NCBI RefSeq assembly: GCF_046119375.1
Contig: NW_027362772.1
Location: 65,906,001 to 65,970,000, forward strand
Direction: 5' to 3'
DNA length: 64,000 nucleotides
Source: Phyllobates terribilis
Taxonomy: Eukaryota
In this document: positions 37,194 to 50,247 of the stretch, one piece after another
How positions within the stretch are numbered: the first letter of the stretch is position 1
Layout: each line of letters opens with the position of its first letter
Notes under the pieces: model-generated
The model's database searches: none
What the model was told of the DNA's origin: nothing
Seen by the model: only the letters and a program-made list of their open reading frames with translations
Made by a program: the position numbers and the translations under genes

Positions 37194-37652
37194 CAACCCC
37201 TGGCAAAAATTATGGAATCACCGGGCTTGGAGGATGTTCATTCAGCTGTTTAATGTTGTTGAAAAAAAGCAGATCACAGACATGGCACAAAACTAAAGTA
37301 ATTTCAAATGGCAACTTTAGGGCTTTAAGAAACACTAAAAGAAATCAAGTTAAAAAATGTGGTACTCAGTAAGGGTAATTTTTTTCAGACCAAGCAGAGG
37401 GAAAAAATTATGGAATCACTCAATTCTGAGGAAAAAATTATGGAATCACCCTGTAAATTTTCATTTCCAAAACTAACACCTGCATCAAATTAGATCTGCT
37501 CGTTAGTCTGCATCTATAAAGGAGTGATCACACCTTGGAGAGCTCATGCACCAAGTGGACTGACATGAATCATGGCTCCAACACGAGAGATGTCAATTGA
37601 AACAAAGGAGAGGATTATCAAACTCTTAAAAGAAGGTAAATCATCACGAAAG
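37194..37652 (+). mobile_element. Tc1-like 5' fragment (IR/DR type)
   Basis: TA|CAACCCCTGGCAAAAATTATGGAATCAC; AAAAATTATGGAATCAC occurs three times; MAPTREMSIETKERIIKLLKEGKSSR then truncates. Confidence 0.75.
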
Positions 37653-39284
37653 TTTGTCCTTTTTTCAAGTGTTATACTTTGGAAAAAACATTTAAAAAGT
37701 TTGAACTGTAAGGAAAACTGATCATTTTATTCTCGATCTCACTCGCTTTTACCTTCTGGCTCGAACTTGTCTCCTGATCACCATCTCAGTATCTGTGATG
37801 AGAAGGGTTAATGGAGTTCGCTCCTTGAGTTCAATGTAAATATCATGGTTTAATCTTCTTGAAATTCCTTAACCTTCTCTGCCTCTGACAAACCCATGGG
37901 GTGTGGTAAGAGTTTGCTTACAAGCTCAGCCAGAGCTTTAGGTCACATCTGAGTAAAGGGATAAAGATATAACCAATCATCCCAGAGTTCTGTGTCCTTC
38001 ACAAAAAGTTCTGACTACCTAAGAATGCACAAGAGAGGGTCGTGAAATGTGATTTACACAAATTTCTTATAATAGATCATAAGAAAAAAGAACTTTTCGA
38101 CCAAGACTAAGGGCAATACAATTTTCTGCAAAGTGAAGGATTGATGTGAAGAAATTAGAGTTGAGCAAAGAGGTCTTCAGGATCCTAGTCTAGTGCCTAC
38201 ATTGGTTTGTCCATAGTCTTTGAATCTCTACCAACCTGACGGCATCCCAGATGACTCTTCTGAGAAGAAGTCTTGGCATGACCTCAAATTACGCCACAAC
38301 TTTGATCCCACTCCAGGCTTATCAAAAAAGCCACCATAGATGCCATGCAGGGCTCTGGATTTCCAACTTGGCCAATGGACAGGGGTCCTAAGAAATATTT
38401 TTGCTCAACCTAGATGTAATTTTATCAACCATGGTGCAGATTAAGTGGCTGTACAAAATTATTGGTTGTCATATCTGCAAAATTACCGTATGTGGGCACA
38501 GAACTAGTATAGCTCAAAACGCGTCACATGGTGACATCTCATTGGCATCAATCTATCTGTGTATCAATTTTTCATGAATTAATCTATCATAAAGTTTGGA
38601 TTTTATGTATGTGCTGGATGGCTAAAGCCGTGAGTTCTTGAAGTTTCCTCAAGTCCCTGAAGAGCTTGTGCGCTCCCATGATTATCAAGCAAACTCTGAT
38701 GTAATCTGGGCATTTTTGTGAAGTTGCACAGTGTAATACTTCATTTCCCCTCTGGAGGTGCTGTAGGGGAATTGATCACTTATTGTTAGGTATTCCCACA
38801 GATCACAGCTGATCAATCATGATCCAAGCAGCCGGACCTTTCCAACAAGTAGGGATTGTCCAAAGCCCTTTAATTCATAAATACTAGATATACGGTAGTA
38901 TTCTTCGAATTGTATGTTTTTTGGCTGCCGGTGAAGCCTCATTTCCTGATATGTGACTGAGAAAGACATGTAAAAAAAATTCCAAAATGCAAAAGGAAAA
39001 AAAAAGTTTCAAGAAAAAATTAAAGGATAATAGTTATTATTACAAATACAACTTGATATAAAAAATTGTTTATTATTCAGTCCGAAATAGATTTCTACTG
39101 AAATGCATGGCATGTACCCAATCTACATATTGCTCCTTCCTCGGAAGCTGTTATGTATGATAAATAGAATATATACAGATCATCGTTGCCTTTCGGAGTA
39201 TTATATGTCAGGAGCTTGGTGCATAACTCCCAGTATTACCTAATAAAAGCCATTCATAATGACCAGGGCAAAGAAATCCAGTGC

Positions 39285-39431
39285 GACCAGTCCAATCCCA
39301 GCTTTTATTGTGTCTGGTGCTCAAAGGGTCTTCATGTTTAGGGTCAAAAATCTCTAATGGTTCTTCAAATTTACTAACACTGGACTGCAGGGTGAAATTG
39401 GGAGGATTGACCTGTTCTCTTCTGGTGAGTC
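39285..39431 (-). other. Candidate last exon of gene 3
   Basis: Strong acceptor CTTCTCTTTATTTTCAG; AATAAA at 39309-39304; link to gene 3 is inferred. Confidence 0.35.
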
Positions 39432-39706
39432 CTGAAAATAAAGAGAAGTTTACATCAGTGTATGAGCAGGTGACGCGGATAAATGAGGCAGTAGAAATAC
39501 AAATCAGTACAGCATTTATTACGGATTATGTTCCCTTTTCATCATTTGTATATAAAATTGTAGGTGTTTTCACACTTTAGTGAAAAAGGGTAGTATTCAC
39601 ACAAGTTCCTCTTTGAAATGAATAGGTGTTGCCGAATTACCAGAGGGGACCCAATCAATCAGTGTTTCATGACACAACCTAGTTACCTACCTTCATCAAT
39701 TGAATC

Positions 39707-41980
39707 ACTTATATTCTGTATTGTACTCCAGAGCTGCACTCACTATTCTGCTGGTGCAGTCACTGTGTACATACATTACATTACTGGTCCTGTACTGATC
39801 CTGAGTTACATCCTGTATTATACTCCAGAGCTGCACTCACTATTCTGCTGGTGCAGTCACTGTGTACATACATTACATTACTGATCCTGAGTTACATACT
39901 GTATTATGCTCCAGAGCTGCACTCACTATTCTGCTGGTGCAGTCACTGTGTACATACATTACATTACTGATCCTGAGTTACATCCTGTATTATACTCCAG
40001 AGCTGCACTCACTATTCTGCTGGTGCAGTCACTGTGTACATACATTACATTACTGATCCTGTACTGATCCTGAGTTACATCCTGTATTATACTCCAGACC
40101 TGCAATCACTATTCTGCTGGTGCAGTCACTGGGTACATACATTACATTACTGATCCTGAGTTACATCCTGTATTATACTCCAGAGCTGCACTCACTATTC
40201 TGCTGGTGCAGTCACTGTGTACATACATTACTGATCCTGAGTTACATACTGTATTATGCTCCAGAGCTGCACTCACTATTCTGCTGGTGCAGTCACTGTG
40301 TACATACATTACATTACTGATCATGAGTTACATCCTGTATTATACTCCAGAGCTGCACTCACTATTCTGCTGGTGCAGTCACTGTGTACATACATTACAT
40401 TACTGATCCTGTACTGATCCTGAGTTACATCCTGTATTATTCTCCAGAGCTGCACTCACTATTCTGCTGGTGCAGTCACTGTGTACATACATTACATTAC
40501 TGATCCTGTACTGATCCTGAGTTACATCCTGTATTATACTCCAGAGCTGCACTCACTATTCTGCTGGTGGAGTCACTGTGTACATACATTACATTACTGA
40601 TCATGAGTTACATCCTGTATTATACTCCAGAGCTGCACTCACTATTCTGCTGGTGCAGTCACTGTGTACATACATTACATTACTGATCCTGAGTTATATT
40701 CTGTATTATACTCCAGAGCTGCACTCACTATTCTGCTGGTGCACTCACTGTGTACATACATTACATAACTTATCCTGAGTTACATCCTGTATTATACTCC
40801 AGAGCTGTACTCACTATTCTGCTTGTACAGTCACTGTGTACATACATTACATTACTGATCCTGAGTTACATCCTGTATTATACTCCAGAGCTGCACTCAC
40901 TATTCTGCTGGTGTAGTCACTGTGTACATACATTACATTATTGATCCTGAGTTACATCCTGTATTATACTCCAGAGCTGCACTCACTATTCTGCTGGTGC
41001 AGTCACTGTGTATGTACATTACATTACTTATCCTGTACTGATCCTGAGTTACATCCTGTATTATACTCCAGCGCTGCACTCACTATTCTGCTGGTGCAGT
41101 CACTGTGTACATACACTACAGTACTGATCCAGAGTTACATCCTGTATTATACTCCAGAGCTGCACTCACTATTCTGCTGGTGCAGTCACTGTGTACATAC
41201 ATTACATTACTGATCCTGAGTTACATCCTGTATTATACTCCAGAGCTGCACTCACTATTCTGCTGGTGCAGTCACTGTGTACATACATTACATTACTGAT
41301 CCTGTACTGATCCTGAGTTACATCCTGTATTATACCCCAGAGCTGCACTCACTATTCTGCAGGTGCAGTCACTGTGTACATACACTACAGTACTGATCCA
41401 GAGTTACATCCTGTATTATACTCCAGAGCTGCACTCACTATTCTGCTGGTGCAGTCACTGTGTACATACATTACATTACTGATCCTGTACTGATCCTGAG
41501 TTACATCCTGTATTACACTCCAGAGCTGCACTCACTATTCTGCTGGTGCAGTCACTGTGTACATACAGTACATTACTGATCTTGAGTTACATCCTGTATT
41601 ATACTCCAGAGCTGCACTGACTATTCTGCTGGTGCAGTCACTGTGTACATACATTACATTACTGATCCTGTACTGATCCTGAGTTACATCCTGTATTATA
41701 CTCCAGAGCTGCACTCACTATTCTGCAGGTGCAGTCACTGTGTACATACACTACAGTACTGATCCAGAGTTACATCCTGTATTATACTCCAGAGCTGCAC
41801 TCACTATTCTGCTGGTGCAGTCACTGTGTACATACATTACATTACTGATCCTGTACTGATCCTGAGTTACATCTTGTATTATACTCCAGAGCTGCACTCA
41901 CTATTCTGCTGGTGCAGTCACTGTGTACATACATTACATTACTGATCCTGAGTTACATCCTGTATTATACTCCAGAGCTG
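39707..41980. repeat. 86/97-bp minisatellite, ~25 copies
   Basis: GTATTATACTCCAGAGCTGCACTCACTATTCTGCTGGTGCAGTCACTGTGTACATACATTACATTACTGATCCTGAGTTACATCCT, with or without an 11-bp TGATCCTGTAC insert. Confidence 0.95.
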
Positions 41981-43089
41981 AGATTCAGCAATCCTAAAAT
42001 GTTTTCCCCACTTTTGCAATGTAAACTACATAGGAGGCTACACTGATAACTGGTCAGTGTAAAGCCTGTTACTTCTGTCAATGATAAATTGTTAGGGGAA
42101 CTTGCTGACTTTTTCAAGTAACAATCAGCAGAATTGTGAATGCAGCTCTGGCTATGACTCAGAATCAAATCAACGTTGCTCATATAATGTATTTACAAAG
42201 TGACTTAACTTTTTAGGTAGACTATAATTGTATAACTGGCTTTGGAAGGTGGACGTATGTGTTAGCATTTCAAAGCCTCTAATAGTTTGCAGAGCTTTTT
42301 TGAGGTTCTCCACCCCAATCACATTCTTGAACACGTGAATTTAATTAGGACCTAAAAGTATTATTTCAGCTCTTGGCGGTTTCTAGTGCAATGTTAAGGC
42401 AGACTGGTTGCTGAGGATGCTTCGTCATGCGCGTCCCTATGGGGTTTAGTGAGTGCCCGCTTCCCCTTTAAGTACACAATCCAGCCTTGTGACACCACTT
42501 TCAGGATGGGATTACCCGCCTACAATATTTGCTTTTTATACACAAGTTTTAATCCAGGCTTATGAATAAGATTTGTAAAAACAATGAGGTTTTTCCATTT
42601 GCAAGAAAAAAAGTCAATTGGAATAATCTGTTACGTTCCTAAATGTTCTGCTACCCTCCCTAAACATGTCCTCTAATGTATCATGGCATCTGCATAGAGT
42701 TTAAAGGGGTTGTGTCCTCAGGACAACTGCGTGTATATGTGTGTATTTGGGAGTAAAAATCATTTTTCCCATTGGGTTTCATTACATTTTTTGGCTTTTA
42801 CAGGCTCTTTCTCTCCCTGATCATTATTGTTTAAATCAGTTGAGAAGAGCTGAGAAAAAGACATAAAATGGTTACAGTTTCCCTATAATACCATCAAAAT
42901 GAGCTCACTGATGGATTCTCAGTTAACTCGCTATGCAGTTAGCAATAGACAATGTAACACAGTGGCTATAGAAGGCAAACGGTGCAAACTTTTTCAAGTA
43001 AAAATAATTTTTAGCCCGAAATAAATGTGTTTAATAAAATAAATGTCATCAAAAGTGGACAACTCCTTTAGCTGGAATCTGTTATAGTG

Positions 43090-44220
43090 TCATAGTATAG
43101 TCGGAGGAGCTGAGCAGGTTAATATATAGGTTTATGGGAAATTATTCAATATAATTTGTAATTATGTCCGTTTTTATGTTTAGGAGTCAAGAGGCCGGTT
43201 CTACTTAGCATAAAGGAGGAGTCAAGCTGATTAATATATAGGTTGATGGAGATTATTCAGCATAATTTGTAAATATGCTAGTTTTTATGCTTAGGAGTCC
43301 AGTGGGCGGTCCTACTTAGTATAAAGAAGGAGGAGTCAAGATGATTAATATATAGGTTTATGGGAAATTATTCAGCATAATTTGTATTCATGCAGGTTTT
43401 TATGCTTAGGAGTCCAGTGGGCGGTCTTTCTTAGTATAAAGGAGGAGGAGTCAAGCTGATTAATATATAGATTTATGGGAAATTATTCAGCATAATTTGT
43501 ATTCATGCCAGTTTTTATGCTTAGGAGTCCAGTGGGCGGTCCTACTTAGTATAAAGGGGAGGAGTCAAGCTAATTAATATATAGATTTATGGGAAATGAT
43601 TCAACATCATTTTTAATTATGCCAGTTTTTATGCTTAGGAGTTCAGTGGGCGGTCCTACTTAGTATAGAGGAGGAGGAGTCAAGATGATTAATATATAGG
43701 TTTATGGAGATTATTAAGCACAATTTGTAGTTATGCTAGTTTATATGCTTAAGGAGTCCAGTGGGCGGTCCTATTTAGTATAAAGGAGGAGGAGTCAAGC
43801 TGATTAATATCTAGGTTTATGGGAAATTATTCAGCATATTTTGTAATTATACTAGTTTTATGCTAAGGAGTCCAGTGGGCGGTCCTATTTAGTATAAAGG
43901 AGGAGGAGTCAAGCTGATTAATATCTAGGTTTATGGGAAATTTTTCAGCATAATTTGTAATTATACCAGATTTTATGTTTAGGAGTCCAGTAGGCGGTCC
44001 TACTTAGTACAAAGCGGGAGGAGTCAAGATGATTAATATATAGGTTTATGGGAAATTATTCAGCATAATGTGTAATTTTACCAGTCTATGTTTAGGAGTC
44101 CAGTGGGCGGTCCTACTTAGTGATTAAAGCTATCAGTGCTGTCATACAAGGAAAGCTGTCAATCACTGATTAGGACCGCCCATAGGACTCCTAAGCATAG
44201 ATAGAGCAAGGATATAATTT
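43090..44220. repeat. ~115-bp tandem array, ~9 copies, ending in an inverted unit fragment
   Basis: TTAGGAGTCCAGTGGGCGG at 43291, 43406, 43521, 43635...; inverted GGACCGCCCATAGGACTCCTAAGCAT at ~44173. Confidence 0.9.
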
Positions 44221-44795
44221 GATAATTCCCTTTAGCCCTCATGCATTTATGTCAGAGAAAAAAGAGGCAACAATGTACAGTATATTAGACAAACCCCTCT
44301 AACAGTGGATGAACATTTCTAAAAGATCTGAAGATTTCTGAAAAAATTCTAGTAATTCCAGTGTTGCTGTATCAAAATATATGGAAATTGGTGCAACTGT
44401 CGCTAGTCACTACTGGGTATTACCTAGCACCAGGATTGCTAAACTTGAGAATCAGGTGGGCTAAGGATACTTTCTAACGTCTGACATCTGAAAGATGGAC
44501 TTCCCCTTTAAGAACAAAAAACAAGGCATGATACATATTTATTAGTCATCTGTCTACTGGATTAAGGTTCTGTAATATTTGTTCTTCGTATATAAACCTT
44601 AATCCGGGGTTAAAACTGATTCATAAGAGCAAAGAGGATTTCTATTTGAAACTTGAAATGTCAAGGGAAATCACCTGTTACATTCCAAGATGTTCTCTTA
44701 CACTCCCTTTACAACTCCTGGGGCCAAGTTTTTGTGTCATTGTATATACAGGACATTTATAGAAAGGGAGCTATTCCAAGAGCGCTTTATAGATT

Positions 44796-44970
44796 GCCAA
44801 ATCAGATCTTCTGCTTTGTACTGATGAGGGGCAAAAACCCTACAAGACGTATTTGAAAATAGTGTCTAGTTTGGCTTTAATTCTAAGATATGTAGCAAGG
44901 CTTGTTAAAGGGTCGATATTGACTTTTAGGATCGCTACTTTCTATAGGAGTTCTTGTTCTCTTCCTCTCT
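44796..44970 (+). mobile_element. Decayed partial retrozyme unit
   Basis: GCCAAATCAGATCT..CTTTGTA-CTGATGA-GGGG CAAAA ACCC (GAAA lost), then GCTTGTTAAAGGGTCGATATTGACTTTTAGGATCGCTACTT matching the other units. Confidence 0.75.
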
Positions 44971-45016
44971 GCACAAACTATTTACATCATCTGTGAATGG
45001 AATGGCAGATCTTCAC

Positions 45017-46138
45017 TGTTACACACTTGCCCCAGGTCCATGGTCTGCTCAACTCTCTTGTGCTCCACGCTGGGCTTTGCAAGTAGCCCGGTGTGCTCAC
45101 ATGTGATCCTATACCTGAGTCTATATAAGGTTCACCAAGACACACACCTGTGCCTTGGTATTAAGAGTTTTAGCTTGTTTGTGACCACGATATTATCAGT
45201 ACCTGTCTGTGGTCTCCAGGACCTTTGCTACCTGTCTGTGGTCTCCAAGACCTCTGCTACCAATTTGCAGTATCCAGGATTTCTACTACCTGTCTGAGGT
45301 CTCCAGGACCTTTGCTACGTGTCTGTGGTCTCCAGGACCTCAGCTATTTGTCTCGGGTCTCCAGGACCTCTGCTACGCTCTTCGGTCTCCAGGACCTCTG
45401 CTACCTGTTTGAAATCTTCAGAACCTCTGCTACCTGTTTGAAATCTCCAGGACCTCTGCTACCTGTCTGCAGTCTTCAGGACCTCTAATATCTGTTTGAT
45501 GTCTCCAGGACCTCTGTTATTTGTCTGAGGTCTCCTGGACCCATCTGCGATTTCCTTGACCTTTGCTACCTGTCTGCAGTCTCCAAAATCTTTGCTACCT
45601 GTCTGTGGTCTCCAGGGCCTCTGCTACCCTCTGCGGTCTCCAGTATCTCTGCTATCTGTCTACGGTCTCCAGGACCTCAGCTACCTGTCCATGGTCTCCA
45701 GGACCTCTGCTACCTGTCTTGGCTGTCTTTGGTCTCCAGGATCTCAGTTGCTTGTCTGTGGTATCCAGGACCTCTACTACCTGTCTGTGGTCTCCTGGAC
45801 CTCTGCTACCTGTCTGTGGTCTCCAGGACCACTGCTACCTGTCTTTGTTGTCTTTGGTCTCCAGGATCTCTGTTGCCTGTCTGTGGTCTCCAGGACCTCT
45901 GCTACCTGTCTGTGGTCTCCAGGACCTCTGCTACCTGTCTGTGGTCTTCAGGACCTCTGTTACCTGTCTTTGCAGTCTTTGGTCTCCTGGATCTCTGTTG
46001 CCTGTCTGTGGTCTCCAGGACCTCTGCTACCTGTCTGCATTTCCAATGTGCCTAAACTGTCTTCTGCACTGACACCCAAGGCCCTGGTGCCCATCCATAC
46101 CTGGCTTAGTGCATCCACCTCATCTACAAAGCCTAACA
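45017..46138 (+). mobile_element. Solo LTR with an internal 29-bp VNTR
   Basis: TGTTA...TAACA, 5-bp TSD TTCAC, CTATATAAG at ~45121; ACCTCTGCTACCTGTCTGTGGTCTCCAGG array ~45197-46040. Confidence 0.85.
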
Positions 46139-46267
46139 TTCACCATGTCGGGCAGAACAGTAACAGACAGGATAGTGAAATAAGTCTTCACGTCTGTTGG
46201 AAGATGGTTGAAGGTGATAAACTCAATGAACATTACGATGACTGCTCAAATGGATGCTCAACTTACT

Positions 46268-46371
46268 CTACTTTTTCTTTACGATAAAAAATACAGCGAC
46301 TCCAATGAGGACGACTCCGGCCAACACTCCAATCACGATTCCAGCTATCGCACCACCACTAAGTCCAGAAT
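46268..46371 (-). CDS. Gene 3 transmembrane exon SGLSGGAIAGIVIGVLAGVVLIGVAVFFIVKKK*
   Basis: GTTACAG acceptor; GAIAGIVIG-type TM helix; in-frame TAG 46270-46268, then A|GTAAGT. Confidence 0.88.
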
Positions 46372-47185
46372 CTGTAACTAATACACAAAAGTCAAACACA
46401 TTAGAAATATTATGGGATACAAAGAATTGTCCAAAATTGTTCTGCTCTCATCGGTCAACTTTTGGCTTTTAGGGCAACCACAGTCTAATGTTTATTGAAG
46501 GCTCCCTAATCTCACGCAACAAATGATGCCAGGGTTAGGTTTCCAATTTTCCAATCGTTTGGCCGACATTAATTTGTATGGGGGACTTTATTGTACCGAT
46601 TTTTTTTCTTATATTTTTCTCAATTTTTTTATTTTTATTGGCACTTTTTCACTGAAATGTACTGATATCTATTTATATTTCTGAATTATTGTACCAATTT
46701 TTTTATTTGTAATTCTAATATTAGTTTTTGGAGCAGAAACTGAGCAGAAACTAAGCAGAAATTTTCCAAAACTCCTCCTTATCTCAAAACTTCTCAAAAA
46801 CGTTGAGTTTCCGCCCAGTTTTTGCTCTAAAAACTTAGCAAAAACACTCAGTGTGCACGTCGCCTAAGGCTCTGTGCACACATCGCGTTTATGCCTCGTT
46901 CTTCCTTTGTTTTTTATCTGTTTTTGCTGTAAAAAAAACAGCATTTTACTGTCTCAGCAAAGTTTACGTTTTTCAGTGAAAGCTGCTGGCCAACAAAAGA
47001 ATGACAGCAAGCCCACCAGTGCACCAAACAGGTTTTTTGACAGAATATTTACGTCATCAGAGCAATCAAATGGTAAGTGCTACTGCTTTTTTTCAAATGC
47101 AGTATTCCCATGGGAGTAGTATAAATCTGGATGCAGTCATGGTTGCAGGTAGTATGCAATGGAAAAAAATGATAATATCTCTCAC

Positions 47186-47482
47186 CTTGTGACACATCAA
47201 GTTTAAACATGAAGCTTGTACTCCCGATAGCAGTCTTAGCAACGCACTCATATGTCCCTTTCTCATTAGAAGTCACTTCAGAGATATGAAGATTGGAAAT
47301 AGAACCGTTAGACTCAATTTTGTATTTCCCTCCCGTTATGAGAGGGACAGAGTCTGGATTATGATGGAACCATGAAAACTGAGCATAAAATCCAGATTGC
47401 AGATTGAGTGTCAGGACTGTGGCCTCTCCTTGCTTCACTGAGGTTATAGTATTGTTTATGTTATCCGTAGACAGTGGTCGTT
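47186..47482 (-). CDS. Gene 3 Ig exon e (ERPLSTDN...AQFSWF...ISNLHISEVTSNEKGTYEC...LDVSQ)
   Basis: TCAACAG acceptor, GTGAGA donor, 297 nt; B-strand Cys replaced (VLTL). Confidence 0.9.
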
Positions 47483-47559
47483 CTGTTGAAAAAGCAAAAA
47501 GTAATTGTAGTAAATACCTTTCTATTACCATAAATTCAAGGCAGATGTATCATAAAAAA

Positions 47560-47876
47560 GCCACTGCAGCTCCTTTAAAGTTGAAGTTCACTGCAGCTCC
47601 TTTATTGTTGCCATCACTGCAGCTCCTTAAATGTTGCAGCCACTGCAGCTCCTTTTATGTTGAAGCCACTGGAGCTCCTTAATTGTTGCCATCACAGCAG
47701 TTCCTTTATTGTTGCCATCATATCAGCTCCTTAAATGTTGCAGCCACTGCAGCTCCTTAAATGTTGCAACCACTGCAGCTCCTTTAACGTTGAAGCCACT
47801 GCAGCTCCTTTATTGTTGCCACCATTGCAGCTCCTTTATTGTTGCCGCCACTGCAGCTCCTTTAATGTTGCTGTAG
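47560..47876. repeat. ~24-bp minisatellite CACTGCAGCTCCTTTATTGTTGC
   Basis: About 12 degenerate units. Confidence 0.8.
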
Positions 47877-48486
47877 ACAAAGCACTATCCTTTGCTATCA
47901 GACATATGAAAATGAAATAGCCCAAGGATTGCACAAACCTTCAGAAAAGTAAAGTCCTCCATAGGTAGAGTGCTACCCTTCATGCAGCGGCAGAACTGAA
48001 TTGTAGACTTCAGGAAACTTAGAGTGGGACTTAAACCTTGGTCACACAGAGTTTTTAAGCAGTTTTTTTAGTAGCTTCTCTCTGAAATCCTTTAAAAAAA
48101 ACGACTTCAAAATCACTTGTAAAGCTTTTCTAATTCATTTCTATGAGAAATTCAATTTTTGGAACTTTTTTTCCTGAAGAGGTTTTAAAAAATGCACGTT
48201 GGTAAAAACAAAATGTATGTTCCTTCTTTGAGGCAGATCCTGAAGGAAACCTCTCTAAACTAGGAACTGTCCAATAAAAAGGCTGCAAAAATCATGTCAG
48301 GAAAAAAACGCTTCCAAAAATCTTCAAAACTGCTTCAGGAAATTAAAAACTCTTACAAAATCTCTCTAGAAAAATGCATTTCTTGAAGTGGTTTTCACTT
48401 GAAAACTTGAATGCCTCAAAAAGCTCTATTTGAACATACCCTTAAAGCTATCAGCAAGTTTCTCCCACAGTATATAGAAAACTTAC

Positions 48487-48735
48487 CGATAGTAATGTTA
48501 CAGCTGGAGTTTGCTCTCACGTGGACACCTTCACAGAGTAGAGTTATTGGGTTGCCATCTCCTGTTGGGGGAACATCCCTCATCACTCTGTTGTTTGCAG
48601 TTTCTTTAGTAGCATTAAAAATCATAGTCACTTCAGCTGCAGGTTGGCCACCCACCCAGGAGCAAGATAACTGGATGGATGAAGCATTTTTATCAGACTG
48701 GATACTGCAGGCAATATCTAATGGATCCGGAGACC
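48487..48735 (-). CDS. Gene 3 short four-Cys Ig exon d (SPDPLDIAC...LSCSWVGGQPAAEVTM...LLC...SSC)
   Basis: CTTGCAG acceptor, GTAAGT donor, 249 nt. Confidence 0.9.
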
Positions 48736-48824
48736 CTGCAAGATGACAAGATGTTTTAATAGTAAATTGCAATCTGTGGTTCTATTTTTTCTAAATTTTG
48801 TAACAATCAATTTCTGTAGAAGCA

Positions 48825-49802
48825 TAGTGAGCAAGCTCTGAGTCATGTGCAGACGTCTCTGTGCAGGAGTGTAGTGAGCATGCTCTGGGTCATGTGCAGA
48901 CTTCTCTGTGCAGGAGTGTAGTGAGCATGCTCTGGGTCATGTGCAGACGTCTCTGTGCAGGAGCGTAGTGAGCATGCTCTTTGTCATGTGCAGCAATTTC
49001 TGTGCAGGAGCGTAGTGAGCATGCTCTGTGTCATGTGCAGACGTCTCTGTGCAGGAGTGTAGTGAGCATGCTCTGGGTCATGTGCAGACGTCTCTGTGCA
49101 GGAGTGTAGTGAGCATGCTCTGGGTCATGTGCAGACGTCTCTGTGCAGGAGTGTAGTGAGCATGCTCTGTGTTGTGCAGAAGTCTCTGTGCAGGAGTGTA
49201 GTGAGCATGCTCTGTGTCATGTGCAGAAGTCACCGTGCAGGAGTGTAGTGAGCATGCTCTGAGTCATGTGCAGATGTCTCTGTGCAGGAGTGTAGTGAGC
49301 ATGCTCTGGGTCATGTGCAGACGTCTCTGTGCAGGAGTGTAGTGAGCATGCTCTGGGTCATGTGCAGACGTCTCTGTGCAGGAGTGTAGTGAGCATGCTC
49401 TGGGTCATGTGCAGAAGTCACTGTGCAGAAGTGTAGTGAGCATGCTCTGTGTTGTGCAGAAGTCTCTGTGCTGGAGCGTAGTGAGCATGCTCTTTGTCAT
49501 GTGCAGCAATCTCTGTGCTGGAGCGTAGTGAATATGCTCTGTGTCATGTGCAGAAGTCTCTGTGCAGGAGTGTAGTGAGCATGCTCTGGGTCATGTGCAG
49601 ACGTCTCTGTGCAGGAGTGTAGTGAGCATGCTCTGGGTCATGTGCAGACGTCTCTGTGCAGGAGTGTAGTGAGCATGCTCTGGGTCATGTGCAGAAGTCT
49701 CTGTGCTGGAGCGTAGTGAGCATGCTCTTTGTCATGTGCAGCAATCTCTGTGCTGGAGCGTAGTGAGTATGCTCTGTGTCATGTGCAGAAGTCTCTGTGC
49801 AG
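48825..49802. repeat. 47-bp minisatellite, ~21 copies
   Basis: GTAGTGAGCATGCTCTGGGTCATGTGCAGACGTCTCTGTGCAGGAGT; period 47 (48871 to 48918). Confidence 0.95.
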
Positions 49803-49962
49803 GGAGAAGGAGGAGGAGGGAGGATCATCCTGCTTGATAATGAAATGTTGGTGACTACAGATGACCCCAGTGTACACAGGGCATAATGACTATGAACATA
49901 TGCAGTGAATTTATTGTCCTCACTGGCTGTTATGGGTCCACATTACACACAGTAGAACTTAC

Positions 49963-50247
49963 AGGCTAAGGTGAGGTTGAGAGCATTGCTGGTCTTATTG
50001 GTGTCAGAGGCTGTACAGGTAAATGATCCCGTGTCATTTCTGGAGACGGGGCTGATGCTGAGATTAGAGTTTAGACCAGTGCTCTCTGTAGTGATGGTAT
50101 ATCGACGATCATTGGGCAGAGCTTCTCCATTCAGTTCCCAAATGAAAGTGTCATTTACAAGAGTTGTGCATTGAAGAGAGACAGAATCTTCTCCATCCCA
50201 GAGCAACGCTGAGGAGTTACTGGTCAGATTTACTGCGGTGACTGAGG
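49963..50247 (-). CDS. Gene 3 Ig C2 exon c (SVTAVNLTSNSSALLWDGEDSVSLQC...GSFTC...LTLA)
   Basis: GTAAGT donor, 285 nt; acceptor is a weaker AAG (TTCCTCTATCAAG). Confidence 0.85.

Noticed and set aside
37850-38450. Faint L1-like RT resemblance (W...IFAQPRCNFINHG)
   Set aside because: Too degenerate to support by eye
39618-41299. Repeated ORFs and a superficially CRISPR-like periodicity
   Set aside because: Units are contiguous near-identical repeats with no unique spacers; eukaryotic minisatellite
45040-46287. ORFs up to 243 aa
   Set aside because: Encoded by the 29-bp VNTR inside a solo LTR
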